Below are positions 1-9,805 of a stretch of 64,000 bases of DNA, piece after piece. The notes beneath the pieces were generated by a model that saw only the letters and a list, made by a program, of their open reading frames with translations, made no database searches and was not told the origin of the DNA. The translations under genes were made by a program, and so were the position numbers. Location: contig JAZDMI010000021.1 of the NCBI GenBank assembly GCA_043801155.1, positions 66,683 through 130,682 of the forward strand. Reading direction: 5' to 3'. How positions within the stretch are numbered: position 1 is the first letter of the stretch; every line of letters starts with the position of its first letter. This DNA is from Candidatus Gottesmanbacteria bacterium (lineage in GTDB: Bacteria > Patescibacteriota > Microgenomatia > JAMCYU01).

Positions 1-372
1 TGGGGTTTAACCAGAACGTTAATCAATAATGCTGTCTTGGGTGTTTCTCAAGGCTGGAATAAATCATTGGAATTATCAGGCGTTGGATATCGGGCGGCAG
101 TTGAGGGGAGCGATTTGGTTTTGACTGTTGGATTTTCTCATACCGTCAGAATTAAAGCTCCGCTAAATATTACTTTTACCGTTAACGAAAACAAAATTAC
201 GATTAATGGCAACGATAAACAATTAGTCGGGGAAACAGCAGCACAAATTCGCCGAATTCGACCGCCTGAACCATACAAAGGAAAGGGAATTAAGTATCCG
301 GACGAAAAAATTAGAAGAAAATTAGGCAAAGCGGCCAAGACGATTGGCGCTGCGCCGGGGGGTAAAGCATGA
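1..372 (+). CDS. rplF: 50S ribosomal protein L6 (5' partial)
   Basis: Frame open from base 1; GVGYRA and [13 protein letters not shown] motifs; spc operon position. Confidence 0.97.
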   Translation, partial: WGLTRTLINNAVLGVSQGWNKSLELSGVGYRAAVEGSDLVLTVGFSHTVRIKAPLNITFTVNENKITINGNDKQLVGETAAQIRRIRPPEPYKGKGIKYPDEKIRRKLGKAAKTIGAAPGGKA

Positions 373-656
373 CCCGATTAAGATTATCAGTTTATAAGTC
401 TAATAAACATATTTATAGTCAAATAATTGATGATAAAAAGGGAGAAACACTGGTTTCTTCAAGTGATTTAGGTGGTACTAACAAGTCAGATGGTTTGAAA
501 AAAACAGACAGAGCCAGAGAAATAGGAAAAAATTTAGCCAAGAAAGCCCTGGAGAAAAAAATTCATGAAGTAGTTTTTAATCGAGGTAAGTTTAGATACC
601 ACGGACGTGTTAAAGCCTTGGCTGACGGAGCCAGAGAAGGTGGTCTTAAGTTTTAA
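369..656 (+). CDS. rplR: 50S ribosomal protein L18 (short N-terminus)
   Basis: [35 protein letters not shown]. Confidence 0.96.
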   Translation: MTRLRLSVYKSNKHIYSQIIDDKKGETLVSSSDLGGTNKSDGLKKTDRAREIGKNLAKKALEKKIHEVVFNRGKFRYHGRVKALADGAREGGLKF

Positions 657-657
657 T

Positions 658-733
658 TTATTTTGCACCTCAAGATCCCTTAATTACATTAAGGGTGCCA
701 GCCTTGCCGGCTAGGCAGGAATTGAGGTAAGAA
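658..733 (-). repeat. Family-A hairpin element with nested 22-nt GC palindrome (698-719)
   Basis: ACCTCAA(667-673)/TTGAGGT(722-728) outer stem, CCCTTAAT/ATTAAGGG inner stem; reverse complement aligns with 6424-6477. Confidence 0.8.
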
Positions 734-760
734 AGAAGGTTCTGCTGAAAGCAGGTTCTT

Positions 761-1201
761 ATGATTAATGATGAATTTATTGAGCATGTAGTTCAGGTCA
801 ATCGAGTATCAAAAAAAACCAAGGGCGGAAATAAAATTGGTTTTTCTGTAGTTGTGGTTGTTGGTAATAAAAAAGGCAGGGTTGGTGTTGGTTTAGGTAA
901 AGCACCTGAAGTCTCAAGTGCTGTCCAAAAAGGAGTTAATTACGGTAAGAAACATATGATTGATGTTCCCATGCGTGGAACGACAATCCCCCATGAGATA
1001 AGAATTAAACAAGGCGCAGCCCAAGTGCTTTTAAAACCAGCCCCACCGGGAACCGGTGTTATCGCTGGCGGAGCAGTCCGCGCCGTCGTTGAAGCAGCCG
1101 GAATTAAAGATATAGTTTCTAAAGTTCTTGGCAGCAAAAATCAGGCATCTAATGTTTATGCCACATTAACTGCTTTAAAAAATTTAAGATCCTTAACATA
1201 A
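761..1201 (+). CDS. rpsE: 30S ribosomal protein S5
   Basis: [22 protein letters not shown]. Confidence 0.97.
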   Translation: MINDEFIEHVVQVNRVSKKTKGGNKIGFSVVVVVGNKKGRVGVGLGKAPEVSSAVQKGVNYGKKHMIDVPMRGTTIPHEIRIKQGAAQVLLKPAPPGTGVIAGGAVRAVVEAAGIKDIVSKVLGSKNQASNVYATLTALKNLRSLT

Positions 1202-1220
1202 TAAATTTGAGGTAAAAATT

Positions 1221-1685
1221 ATGGAAAATCAAGGTACTTTTTCACTTAATAAATTACAGAAAATAACTGAAAAATCAAAGAAACGACTTGGTCGCGGACA
1301 CGGCAGTGGCCGTGTTAAAACATCCGGTCGGGGAACTAAGGGCCAAAAGGCTCGCGGATCGATCAAATTAAGTTTTGAGGGTGGACAATTACCCTTAATC
1401 AAAAGATTACCGCTCCGGCGCGGTAAAAATAGAAACAAGTCGCTGAAAAGTGATCCGATGATTGTCAATGTTAAATATTTGAATTTACTTCCAGCCAATA
1501 CCCAAGTAGACATAAATACTTTAATAAAAGCCAAAATAATTAAGGAAGATGATGCAGCAAATTTTGGTGTAAAAATCTTAGGCGATGGTGATTTGAAAAT
1601 TCCTTTAATTATTACTTTACCATGTTCCGGCGGAGCTAAGGCAAAAATTGAGAAAGCCGGAGGTAAAGTTATCGTAGCAGAATGA
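1221..1685 (+). CDS. rplO: 50S ribosomal protein L15
   Basis: [25 protein letters not shown]. Confidence 0.97.
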   Translation: MENQGTFSLNKLQKITEKSKKRLGRGHGSGRVKTSGRGTKGQKARGSIKLSFEGGQLPLIKRLPLRRGKNRNKSLKSDPMIVNVKYLNLLPANTQVDINTLIKAKIIKEDDAANFGVKILGDGDLKIPLIITLPCSGGAKAKIEKAGGKVIVAE

Positions 1686-2971
1686 ACAAAATTTTAAGTC
1701 CGCTCATTAATGCTTTCAAAATTCCCGATCTGCGTCGTAAGATTATTTTTACCATCGGTATCTTTGTTGTTTTCCGAATTTTTGCTCACGTGCCTATTCC
1801 CGGAGTCGACCTGGTAGCATTGCGCCGGCTTTTTACTAGTAATCAGCTTTTAGGACTTCTGGATATTTTCTCCGGAGGGACACTGGCAAATTTTTCGGTT
1901 ATGGCACTTGGTCTTAATCCCTATATTAATGCTTCAATTATTTTACAGCTGTTAACGATTGTTTTTCCCAAACTTGAAGAATTGCAAAAGGAGGGAGAAT
2001 ATGGTCGGCAAAAAATAAACCAATACACTCGTTTTATTACTGTTCCCCTGGCTTTACTTCAAGCATTTGGGATGTATGCTCTTCTTAGAAATCAAGGAAT
2101 TATACGTAACCTTTCTCCCGAATTACTTATTGGTTTAGTGATCACCATGACAGCCGGAACTGTACTGCTGATGTGGTTAGGAGAATTAATATCCGAGAAT
2201 GGTATTGGTAATGGTATTTCTATGCTTATTTTCGCCGGGATTGTCGGTCGCTTTCCGGTACTTATTGGTCAGACTCTTTCGGTTGCCACGGCGGAAAATA
2301 TTACTAATTTAATTATTTTTGCAGTATTGGGAATAATTGTTGTGGCCGGGATTGTTGTGGTTAACGAAGGCACAAGACAGGTGAGTGTTGCCTATGCAAA
2401 AAGAATTCGCGGCGGTAAAATGTATGGTGGAGGTTCTACTCATCTGCCGCTAAGAGTTAATCAAGCAGGAGTCATTCCTATTATTTTTGCTGTTTCATTG
2501 ATTCTTTTACCATCAATGTTCGGAGGATTTTTAGAGCAAGCACCCAATCCATTAATTGCCAATATTGCTCATGTGGTGGTAAAACTATTTGATCCATCGG
2601 GGATTGTTTATAATCTAACTTATTTTCTCTTAGTCATTGGATTTACTTATTTTTATACTGCGGTGACATTTAATCCGCAAAAAATTGCCTCAGAAATACA
2701 AAAATATGGTGGATTTATTCCGGGAATACGTCCCGGTACACCCACAGCCAATTATCTGAACTATATCTTAACCAGAATAACATTGGCCGGAGCCATCTTT
2801 CTTGGTCTGATTGCCATTCTACCTTCTTTGGCTCGAGGTACCACCGGAATAACGACTTTAATGTTGGGGGGTACTGGGATTTTGATTGTCGTATCAGTTG
2901 TTTTAGAAACGACCAAACAATTAGAATCAATGTTAGTCATGAGGAGTTACGAAGGATTCTTAAAGGAGTGA
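1682..2971 (+). CDS. secY: Preprotein translocase subunit SecY
   Basis: Multi-TM; [32 protein letters not shown]. Confidence 0.98.
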   Translation: MNKILSPLINAFKIPDLRRKIIFTIGIFVVFRIFAHVPIPGVDLVALRRLFTSNQLLGLLDIFSGGTLANFSVMALGLNPYINASIILQLLTIVFPKLEELQKEGEYGRQKINQYTRFITVPLALLQAFGMYALLRNQGIIRNLSPELLIGLVITMTAGTVLLMWLGELISENGIGNGISMLIFAGIVGRFPVLIGQTLSVATAENITNLIIFAVLGIIVVAGIVVVNEGTRQVSVAYAKRIRGGKMYGGGSTHLPLRVNQAGVIPIIFAVSLILLPSMFGGFLEQAPNPLIANIAHVVVKLFDPSGIVYNLTYFLLVIGFTYFYTAVTFNPQKIASEIQKYGGFIPGIRPGTPTANYLNYILTRITLAGAIFLGLIAILPSLARGTTGITTLMLGGTGILIVVSVVLETTKQLESMLVMRSYEGFLKE

Positions 2972-3000
2972 TTACTAATTTGTCTAATTAGGAGGTATAT

Positions 3001-3579
3001 ATGCATATTATTTTTTATGGTCCAGAAGGTTCGGGTAAGGGAACACAGGCTAAACTTTTAGCCGATAAGTTTAAAATACCGGTTTTAACTTCAGGTGATT
3101 TGGTCAGGGATGCGGCGGTACACGACCCCGGTTTAATCGGAGATGTTTGTCGTCGGGCTTTGCATGAAGGTAAATATGTAGCCGATAGTGAAATGTTTGT
3201 TCTTTGGAAAAGCAGGTTAAAGAAAGACGATATGAAAAAGGATTGGATTATGGACGGTTTCCCTAGAAATCTTAATCAGGCAAAATTCTTATTTAATAAA
3301 GTCGGTAAATATGGATATAAAGTAGAAAAGGTTTTTTATTTAGTAATTTCAAAAGAAGAATCAAAAAGAAGACTAATTAAAAGAGGCAGAAGAATTCACG
3401 AGGGCAACAACGAACTTCATGATTCACCAGAACGGATACAACAAAGATTGGACATGTATTATAAGGGAGAAAAGGATATCTTAGCATTTTTTGAAAAAAA
3501 AGAAATTCTTGAAAAAATTAATGGTGAACAATCAATTGACGAAATACATAAGGAGATATTAAAAAGAATTACTGGCTGA
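3001..3579 (+). CDS. adk: Adenylate kinase family NMP kinase
   Basis: GPEGSGKGTQ P-loop, DGFPR; position after secY. Confidence 0.85.
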   Translation: MHIIFYGPEGSGKGTQAKLLADKFKIPVLTSGDLVRDAAVHDPGLIGDVCRRALHEGKYVADSEMFVLWKSRLKKDDMKKDWIMDGFPRNLNQAKFLFNKVGKYGYKVEKVFYLVISKEESKRRLIKRGRRIHEGNNELHDSPERIQQRLDMYYKGEKDILAFFEKKEILEKINGEQSIDEIHKEILKRITG

Positions 3580-3587
3580 ACCAATTC

Positions 3588-4145
3588 ATGAAACGTTTAA
3601 TTATCGGTACTGTAGGATTGCCTGGTTCCGGTAAAACAACAATTGCAAATTATCTGTCTAAACAAAGATTTATTGTTGTAAGACTTTCTGGGTTTCTTGA
3701 AGCAGAAGCAAAGAAAAAATACGGGCGAATTAATCGACTGACTCTTCAAGATATTGGTAATGAATTCAGGAAAAAATATGGCCCGTCAGTACTAGCTGAA
3801 TTGGCAATAAAGCAAGTTAAAAATAAAAATAGGGTTGTTATTGACGGTATCAGAAATGTCGCCGAAATAAAATTCTTAAAACAGCAGGGTAGTTTTTATC
3901 TGGTGGGGATAAACGCTGATCCGCAGATACGATACCAACGTTTATTAAAAATTAAAGCCAAAGCATTACCCAAATGGGAAGAATTCTTAAGGCTTGATGC
4001 CAGAGATAACGGTCGGGGTCAATCATCATCCGGTTTACAAGTTAATAAATGTTTGGCAAAAGCAGATACGGTTATTGTCCATAACAGTCAGGATCCGCAA
4101 GAACTATACGAAAAATTGGATAAACTTTTAAAAAATATTTTTTAA
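3588..4145 (+). CDS. P-loop nucleotide kinase (archaeal dephospho-CoA kinase-like / AAA_17-18 type)
   Basis: GLPGSGKTT, VIDGIR, LQDIGNEFR. Confidence 0.7.
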   Translation: MKRLIIGTVGLPGSGKTTIANYLSKQRFIVVRLSGFLEAEAKKKYGRINRLTLQDIGNEFRKKYGPSVLAELAIKQVKNKNRVVIDGIRNVAEIKFLKQQGSFYLVGINADPQIRYQRLLKIKAKALPKWEEFLRLDARDNGRGQSSSGLQVNKCLAKADTVIVHNSQDPQELYEKLDKLLKNIF

Positions 4146-4147
4146 TA

Positions 4148-4726
4148 ATGAATATTATTTTTCTAGGTCCGCCCGGAGCCGGTAAAGGCACGCAGGGAGA
4201 ATTATTGGCCAGGGATTTAAGCCTGCCCAGGTTATCCACCGGGGCGATACTAAGGCGTGTCTGGAGAGAAGGCGGAGAAACTAGTAAAGAAATCGGTAAA
4301 TATATTCTTAAAGGGATAAATGTCCCGGCTAAACTTTTATTTAAAGTCTTGGAACCGTGGTTTTTGGAACATCACCAAGGATTTATTGCTGATAATTTTC
4401 CCAGGAGTATTGATCAACTGGAAGAATTTAAAAAATTTTTAAAAAGGACAAATTTAAAAATTGATAAAGCTTTTCTTCTGGAGATTTCAAAAGAGGAATC
4501 ATTTAAAAGAATAGATAAACGTTTTGCGGAAAGAAAAAAAACCGGAAATACCAGACCCGACGAGCGACCAGATATCGTAGAAAGAAAACTTAGAGAAGGT
4601 TACCAAAAAGACATAAAACCAATACTTGATTTTTTTAATTTATTAGGGATCCTGGTAGTAATTAATGGTGAACAGTCGATTGAAAAAGTCCATCAGGATA
4701 TTTTAAATAATATAAAATTAAAATGA
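4148..4726 (+). CDS. Second adenylate kinase family NMP kinase
   Basis: GPPGAGKGTQ, LSTG, DNFPR, RPDE. Confidence 0.85.
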   Translation: MNIIFLGPPGAGKGTQGELLARDLSLPRLSTGAILRRVWREGGETSKEIGKYILKGINVPAKLLFKVLEPWFLEHHQGFIADNFPRSIDQLEEFKKFLKRTNLKIDKAFLLEISKEESFKRIDKRFAERKKTGNTRPDERPDIVERKLREGYQKDIKPILDFFNLLGILVVINGEQSIEKVHQDILNNIKLK

Positions 4727-5505
4727 TTATCCTTAAAACAAAAGACGAGATTGAGATAATGAGAGAGGGTGGCCAGATCTTGGCTGATATAATGGAAAAA
4801 ATAAAAAAAGAAGTTAGGCCGGGGGTTACTACCCTTGAACTGGATTCTTTGGCGGATAAGCTGATAAGCGAAAAGGGTGAACCATCATTTAAGCATGTTC
4901 GTGGTTACCAATGGGCAACCTGTATGTGTGTTAATGATGTTGTTGTTCATGGAATTCCAAATAATTATAAATTAAAAGAAGGTGACATTTTAGGAATAGA
5001 TATTGGGATGATATATAAAGGATTTAATTCCGATATGTCTTGGACTATGGAAATTCAGAATTCAGAATTCAGAATTCAGAATAACAAGAATAATGAAATT
5101 GATAAGTTTTTGAATACTGGAAAGATAGCTTTAGAAAGAGCAATTAAACAAGCAAAGGTTGGTAATCATATAGGTCATATTTCTAAAGCAATTCAAGATA
5201 CGATCGAGTCAGCCGGTTATGCACCGGTTAAAACACTAGTCGGTCATGGTATCGGTAAGAATTTACACGAAGAACCACAAATTCCTGGTTTTTTAAAAGG
5301 TAATATTAATGATACACCAAAATTAAACGAAGGGATGACGATTGCCATAGAAGTGATTTATAATCAAGGAAGTCCGGAAGTAATATATGGTAACGATGAC
5401 GGCTGGACAATTAAAACTATTAATAATAAACTATCTGGTTTATTTGAACAAACAATAGCCATTTTATCATCAGGTCCAGAAGTTCTAACTGTTGCGACAA
5501 ACTAA
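4723..5505 (+). CDS. map: Methionine aminopeptidase type I
   Basis: VVHGIP, GHGIGKNLHEEP; contains a heptamer expansion. Confidence 0.96.
   Translation: MIILKTKDEIEIMREGGQILADIMEKIKKEVRPGVTTLELDSLADKLISEKGEPSFKHVRGYQWATCMCVNDVVVHGIPNNYKLKEGDILGIDIGMIYKGFNSDMSWTMEIQNSEFRIQNNKNNEIDKFLNTGKIALERAIKQAKVGNHIGHISKAIQDTIESAGYAPVKTLVGHGIGKNLHEEPQIPGFLKGNINDTPKLNEGMTIAIEVIYNQGSPEVIYGNDDGWTIKTINNKLSGLFEQTIAILSSGPEVLTVATN
5052..5082 (+). repeat. Heptamer tandem repeat (AATTCAG)x4 inside map
   Basis: Four perfect copies; encodes IQNSEFRIQN. Confidence 0.95.
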
Positions 5506-5531
5506 TTTATTAATAATGAATTTGATAAAAG

Positions 5532-5560
5532 TTGACCTAGCCTTGATAATTTAGTAAAAT
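5532..5560 (+). promoter_or_regulatory. sigma70 promoter for the infA-rpmJ-rpsM segment
   Basis: TTGACC-17nt-TAAAAT. Confidence 0.6.
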
Positions 5561-5592
5561 AGCCTATCCCTTAAAAATAGGGTATATATTTT

Positions 5593-5811
5593 ATGGTCAA
5601 TCAGGGAAAAATTGAAGTTGAAGGAGAAGTAACCGAAACTTTGCCAAATACCTTATTTAGGGTAAAACTGGCTGATGAAAGAATAATTTTGTGTTATCTC
5701 TCCGGGAAGATGAGAATTAATTATATAAGGATTATGCCGGGAGATAGGGTAAAGATTGAAATGACACCTTATGATCCGGATCGGGGACGAATCGTTTATC
5801 GATTCAAGTAA
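5593..5811 (+). CDS. infA: Translation initiation factor IF-1
   Basis: [18 protein letters not shown]. Confidence 0.97.
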   Translation: MVNQGKIEVEGEVTETLPNTLFRVKLADERIILCYLSGKMRINYIRIMPGDRVKIEMTPYDPDRGRIVYRFK

Positions 5812-5823
5812 CTTAGGAGATTT

Positions 5824-5937
5824 ATGCAAGTTGCTGCGTCAATTAAAAAAAGATGTAATAAATGCCGGATTGTCAGGCGCAAGGGACGCCTATATATTAC
5901 GTGCGACAATCCCAAGCACAAACAAAGACAAGGATAA
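5824..5937 (+). CDS. rpmJ: 50S ribosomal protein L36 (not in ORF track)
   Basis: Manual translation [37 protein letters not shown]. Confidence 0.96.
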   Translation: MQVAASIKKRCNKCRIVRRKGRLYITCDNPKHKQRQG

Positions 5938-5945
5938 AACAATAT

Positions 5946-6389
5946 ATGGTACGTATTGCAGGAATAGATTTACCGGAGAAAAAAAGAATCGATTATGCCT
6001 TGACTAGAATCTATGGTATAGGCTGGTCAAATGTTAAATCGATTTTGGTTTCGGCAAAAATTGATGCGGCCAAAAGAACAGACGAATTAACAGAAGAAGA
6101 GAATAGCAGACTACAGAAAGTAATCGATACAGTTAAAGTAGAAGGAGATTTACGTCGAGAAGTTCAGGAGAATATTAAAAGACTAAAAGATATCGGAGCC
6201 TATCGAGGTATACGTCATAGCCGTAATTTACCTTCAAGAGGGCAAAGAACCAGAAGTAATGCTCGGACAAAACGAGGAAAGAGAGTAACCATCGGCGCCA
6301 TTAAGAAAGAAATGGCCAGTAAAATCGGCGGAGCCGTCGGAGCCGCACCAGCACCAGTAGAAACCAAGGAAAAAACGGGAGGCAAGTAA
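5946..6389 (+). CDS. rpsM: 30S ribosomal protein S13
   Basis: Start [10 protein letters not shown]; [14 protein letters not shown]. Confidence 0.97.
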   Translation: MVRIAGIDLPEKKRIDYALTRIYGIGWSNVKSILVSAKIDAAKRTDELTEEENSRLQKVIDTVKVEGDLRREVQENIKRLKDIGAYRGIRHSRNLPSRGQRTRSNARTKRGKRVTIGAIKKEMASKIGGAVGAAPAPVETKEKTGGK

Positions 6390-6393
6390 GTAT

Positions 6394-6477
6394 ATGGCAA
6401 TTAAGAAAATAATTATAACTTTTTTCTTACCTCAATTCACCTTTGATGTAATCAAAGGATCTTGGGGGGCGAAATAA
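6394..6477 (+). pseudogene. Recoded rpsK 5' stub (MAIKK) running into a family-A hairpin element (6424-6477)
   Basis: ATG GCA ATT AAG AAA versus rpsK ATG GCT ATT AAA AAG; stop at 6475-6477. Confidence 0.65.
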
Positions 6478-6480
6478 TAT

Positions 6481-6852
6481 ATGGCTATTAAAAAGTTTAA
6501 ACAAGTTGGTAGCAAAGGAAGAGTTTATGTCACGGCTACCTTTAATAATACGTTAGTTACGATTACTGATGAAATGGGAAATACTATATGTTGGGGCTCA
6601 TCGGGAGCATCGGGTTTTAAAGGAGCTAGAAAATCAACACCTTTTGCTGCCACTACGACAGTTGAAAATGTTGCCAGAAAAGCCCAAAATTCCGGACTTA
6701 GAGAAGTAGAAGTTTTTATTAAAGGTCCCGGCGCCGGAAGAGATGCAGCGTTACGGGCTTTAAAATCAGTTGGCTTAGGAATCAGCATGATTGCTGATGT
6801 TACACCGATGCCACACAATGGAGTAAGACCAAAGAAAAAGAGGAGAGTTTAA
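6481..6852 (+). CDS. rpsK: 30S ribosomal protein S11
   Basis: [25 protein letters not shown]. Confidence 0.97.
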   Translation: MAIKKFKQVGSKGRVYVTATFNNTLVTITDEMGNTICWGSSGASGFKGARKSTPFAATTTVENVARKAQNSGLREVEVFIKGPGAGRDAALRALKSVGLGISMIADVTPMPHNGVRPKKKRRV

Positions 6853-6859
6853 AATTATT

Positions 6860-7480
6860 ATGGCCAAATATAACGGACCAAAAAACAAATTAGCCAGACG
6901 TGAAGGAATTGATCTAGGACTTAAAACACCTGGGTCACATGCCCATGCTTCACTTTTACGTAAGTTAAATATTCTGCCGGGAATGCATGGTCAAAAAAGA
7001 AAGAGAAAACCGTCAGAATTTTCTATACAACTTCGCGAAAAACAAAAAGCCCGACGGATTTATGGAGTTCTTGAAAGACAGTTCCGTCGTTATTTTAATT
7101 CTGCATTAAAGAAAAAGGGAACGACCGGAGAAGCTCTTCTACAGACGTTAGAGACGAGGTTAGATAATATCGTTTATCGTTTAGCCTTAGTGCCAACACG
7201 AGCAGCCGCCCGGCAATTAGTATCGCATGGTCATGTATCAGTCAATGGTCAAAAGGTAAATATCCCATCATATATCGTTAGAATAAATGATGTAATAAAT
7301 ATATCTGATAAAGCTAGTAAAATCCCGGCGATAGCTAAAATGCTTGAGGATAAAAATCCTCATCTTCCGGTTTGGCTGGAAAGAAAAGGTCCTGCTGGCA
7401 AGATTATAAAAATTCCTACCAGAAGTGAGATTGAAACTGATATTAATGAACAATTAATTGTCGAGTACTACTCGCGATAA
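6860..7480 (+). CDS. rpsD: 30S ribosomal protein S4
   Basis: LETRLDNIVYR, ARQLVSHGH, LIVEYYSR. Confidence 0.97.
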   Translation: MAKYNGPKNKLARREGIDLGLKTPGSHAHASLLRKLNILPGMHGQKRKRKPSEFSIQLREKQKARRIYGVLERQFRRYFNSALKKKGTTGEALLQTLETRLDNIVYRLALVPTRAAARQLVSHGHVSVNGQKVNIPSYIVRINDVINISDKASKIPAIAKMLEDKNPHLPVWLERKGPAGKIIKIPTRSEIETDINEQLIVEYYSR

Positions 7481-7502
7481 ATTTTATATAAAGGAGTTTT
7501 AT

Positions 7503-8420
7503 ATGTTTGAACCAAATTTTAAAGTTAAAATAGAAACAGAGAAAGAGGATTATGGAAAGTTTGTGATTGAACCTTTAGACTCTGGTTTTGGACAAACCCT
7601 GGGTAATGCTTTACGCCGGGTATTATTGACTTCTCTTCCTGGGGCTGCGGTAACGACTATTAAGATTGAAGGGGTTAAACATCAATTTTCAACAATTCCA
7701 GGTCTAAATGAAGATATAGTTGAATTTATTCTAAACGTAAAAAAAATCCGCTTTAAATTAGCTAAAGAAGAATTAGCTAAGGTTACCCTTTCAGTACGGG
7801 GACCAGGAAAAATTACTGCCGGAGATCTAAAGGTATCCGGAGGTATTGAGGTTGTTAATAAGGATCTTTATTTAGGAACCCTAGCAGATAGCAAAAGCAA
7901 AGTTGAAGCAGAAATGACGGTTGAACCAGGTTATGGTTTCTTACCGACAGAAGAACATAAAGATAGCGGTACGGGAATTATTCCTTTAGATGCTGTATTT
8001 TCTCCGATTCTGCGAGTTAATTATAAAGTTGAAGCTACTCGTGTCGGTCGGATGACTGATCTTGACAGACTTATATTAGAACTCTGGACCGATGGCACAA
8101 TTGAACCATTGGTAGCCGTCAGATATGCAGCTAAAACCCTGGTTTCATATTTCTTACAGATATATGAACCAAAAGCAATGCCAACTGAAGGAGTAGCCGT
8201 AACACCAGCCATTTCTGATGAGATTCTCAAGATGACAATTGAAGAACTCGACCTGCCAACCAGAATTACGAATGCATTACGGAATGGCGGAATTGATACC
8301 GTTGGTCAATTATTGGGAACTCCCAAAAAAGACTTAATGAAAATTAAGAATTTGGGTGCTAAGTCAATTAGTATTGTCGAAGAAAAGCTAAGAGACAAAG
8401 GGGTTGCCCTGTCTGTTTAA
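7503..8420 (+). CDS. rpoA: RNA polymerase alpha subunit
   Basis: GQTLGNALRRVLL; SD AAGGAG before ATG 7503. Confidence 0.97.
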   Translation: MFEPNFKVKIETEKEDYGKFVIEPLDSGFGQTLGNALRRVLLTSLPGAAVTTIKIEGVKHQFSTIPGLNEDIVEFILNVKKIRFKLAKEELAKVTLSVRGPGKITAGDLKVSGGIEVVNKDLYLGTLADSKSKVEAEMTVEPGYGFLPTEEHKDSGTGIIPLDAVFSPILRVNYKVEATRVGRMTDLDRLILELWTDGTIEPLVAVRYAAKTLVSYFLQIYEPKAMPTEGVAVTPAISDEILKMTIEELDLPTRITNALRNGGIDTVGQLLGTPKKDLMKIKNLGAKSISIVEEKLRDKGVALSV

Positions 8421-8422
8421 AT

Positions 8423-8860
8423 ATGAAAAATAATAAAGATTGGTTATTATGGCGTAATTTAATCTATTCTTTAATTCTCTTTGGTAAAATTAAAACGACC
8501 AAACACAGAGCTAAGGCGATTGTCGGATTAATTGATCGGTTAGTCAATAAAATGAAAAAGGGGACAGTCGCATCTAAAAGAGATGTCCTAAAATTTCTAC
8601 CCGAGAGAGTTGCCTTTGATAAATTGTCAAAGGAAATTGTACCAATGCTAGGAGACCGTAATAGCGGCTATACCAGAGTAATTAATATCGGTAAAAGAAA
8701 GGGAGATAATACTAGTATTGTACTTTTGGAATGGGTAAAAAGTGAAACGCCAAAGTTAGCAAATGAGACAAATAAAACCAATAAGGAGAAACCCGCCTCC
8801 GTCCCGACACAATCGGGACTTCAGCGGGATAAGCATGTTAAAACCGACAAAAATAAGTGA
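8423..8860 (+). CDS. rplQ: 50S ribosomal protein L17 (N-terminally short, repeat-derived C-tail)
   Basis: KIKTT..RAK, RNSGYTR, RKGD; follows rpoA. Confidence 0.9.
   Translation: MKNNKDWLLWRNLIYSLILFGKIKTTKHRAKAIVGLIDRLVNKMKKGTVASKRDVLKFLPERVAFDKLSKEIVPMLGDRNSGYTRVINIGKRKGDNTSIVLLEWVKSETPKLANETNKTNKEKPASVPTQSGLQRDKHVKTDKNK
8792..8828. repeat. GC palindrome CCCGCCTCCG[TCCCGACACAATCGGGA]CTTCAGCGGG
   Basis: Imperfect inverted repeat; same type as 16911-16949, 14537-14562, 17429-17454. Confidence 0.8.
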
Positions 8861-9269
8861 TATTAAAAGGAATTGGTATCTTATTGATGCCAAAGATCAA
8901 ATCTTAGGCAGATTAACGACTCAAGTCGTTACTGATTTAATGGGTAAAAATAAGCCTTATTTTGTCCGTCATTTAGATTGTGGCGATTATGTAGTGGTAA
9001 CCAACGCCAAGGATATCAGGGTAACCGGGAAAAAAGAAACACAAAAAAAATATTATCGATATTCCGGCTATCCGGGAGGATTGTATACCCGAACTTTAGC
9101 TGAACAAAGGATTAAAGATCCAACGAAAATTATTTATGAAGCCGTTAAAGGAATGTTGCCGCAGAATAAATTAAGAGATAGAATGTTAACCAGACTATTT
9201 GTATTTGCCGACGATAAACATCCATATCAAGATAAATTTAACGCGATCAACTCTGCTAAAGTAGAGTAA
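8835..9269 (+). CDS. rplM: 50S ribosomal protein L13
   Basis: WYLIDA, LGRL, DCGDYVVV, SGYPGG, VKGMLP. Confidence 0.97.
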   Translation: MLKPTKISDIKRNWYLIDAKDQILGRLTTQVVTDLMGKNKPYFVRHLDCGDYVVVTNAKDIRVTGKKETQKKYYRYSGYPGGLYTRTLAEQRIKDPTKIIYEAVKGMLPQNKLRDRMLTRLFVFADDKHPYQDKFNAINSAKVE

Positions 9270-9317
9270 TGATCGCTACTTCTGCTTCGCAGAATAAAAA
9301 TAAATTAATGTAAATAT

Positions 9318-9773
9318 ATGCCTAGACAAAAAAAATCAGCAACAGAAAAATCAGAAATTATAAAAACGCCTGAAAGTAAGGAATACTATCAGGCTATTGG
9401 TCGTCGTAAGGAATCAACCGCACGAGTTAGACTTTATGTTAACGGTAACGGAGAAATAGTTGTTAATAATCGTCCGATTGATAAGTATTTTCCCGGTGAA
9501 TTTGCCAAATTAGCCTATCTAGAGCCTTTAAAATTAACCGACAGTCTCGATCGTTTTAGAATAACGGTTAAAGTAGAAGGCGGAGGTTTATCCGGACAAT
9601 TGGGAGCGGTAGTTCATGGTATCGCCAGAACCTTGGATAAAATTAACCGAGACCAATATCATCTAGCTTTAAAAAAAGCTAATCTTCTGACTCGGGATCC
9701 CAGAGCCAAAGAACGCCGCAAAGCCGGTTTTGCCCACAAAGCCAGAGCGAGAAAACAATCTCCCAAGAGGTAA
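9318..9773 (+). CDS. rpsI: 30S ribosomal protein S9
   Basis: GRRKESTARV, LTRDPRAKERRK, QSPKR. Confidence 0.97.
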   Translation: MPRQKKSATEKSEIIKTPESKEYYQAIGRRKESTARVRLYVNGNGEIVVNNRPIDKYFPGEFAKLAYLEPLKLTDSLDRFRITVKVEGGGLSGQLGAVVHGIARTLDKINRDQYHLALKKANLLTRDPRAKERRKAGFAHKARARKQSPKR

Positions 9774-9805
9774 TTAGTCAAATTCGTCTAATAAGATTTT
9801 TTAAT

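Noticed and set aside
5052-5082. Tandem repeats as a CRISPR array
   Set aside because: 7-nt units with no spacers, inside a CDS; no cas genes or repeat-spacer arrays anywhere in the window.
5771-6007. ORF 5771-6007 and the long start of rpsM at 5862
   Set aside because: They overlap infA and rpmJ; the conserved S13 start is at 5946.
6424-6477. Family-A hairpins as integron attC sites or hammerhead ribozymes
   Set aside because: No RYYYAAC/GTTRRRY ends or cassette array, no CUGANGA core, and copies occur in both orientations relative to transcription.
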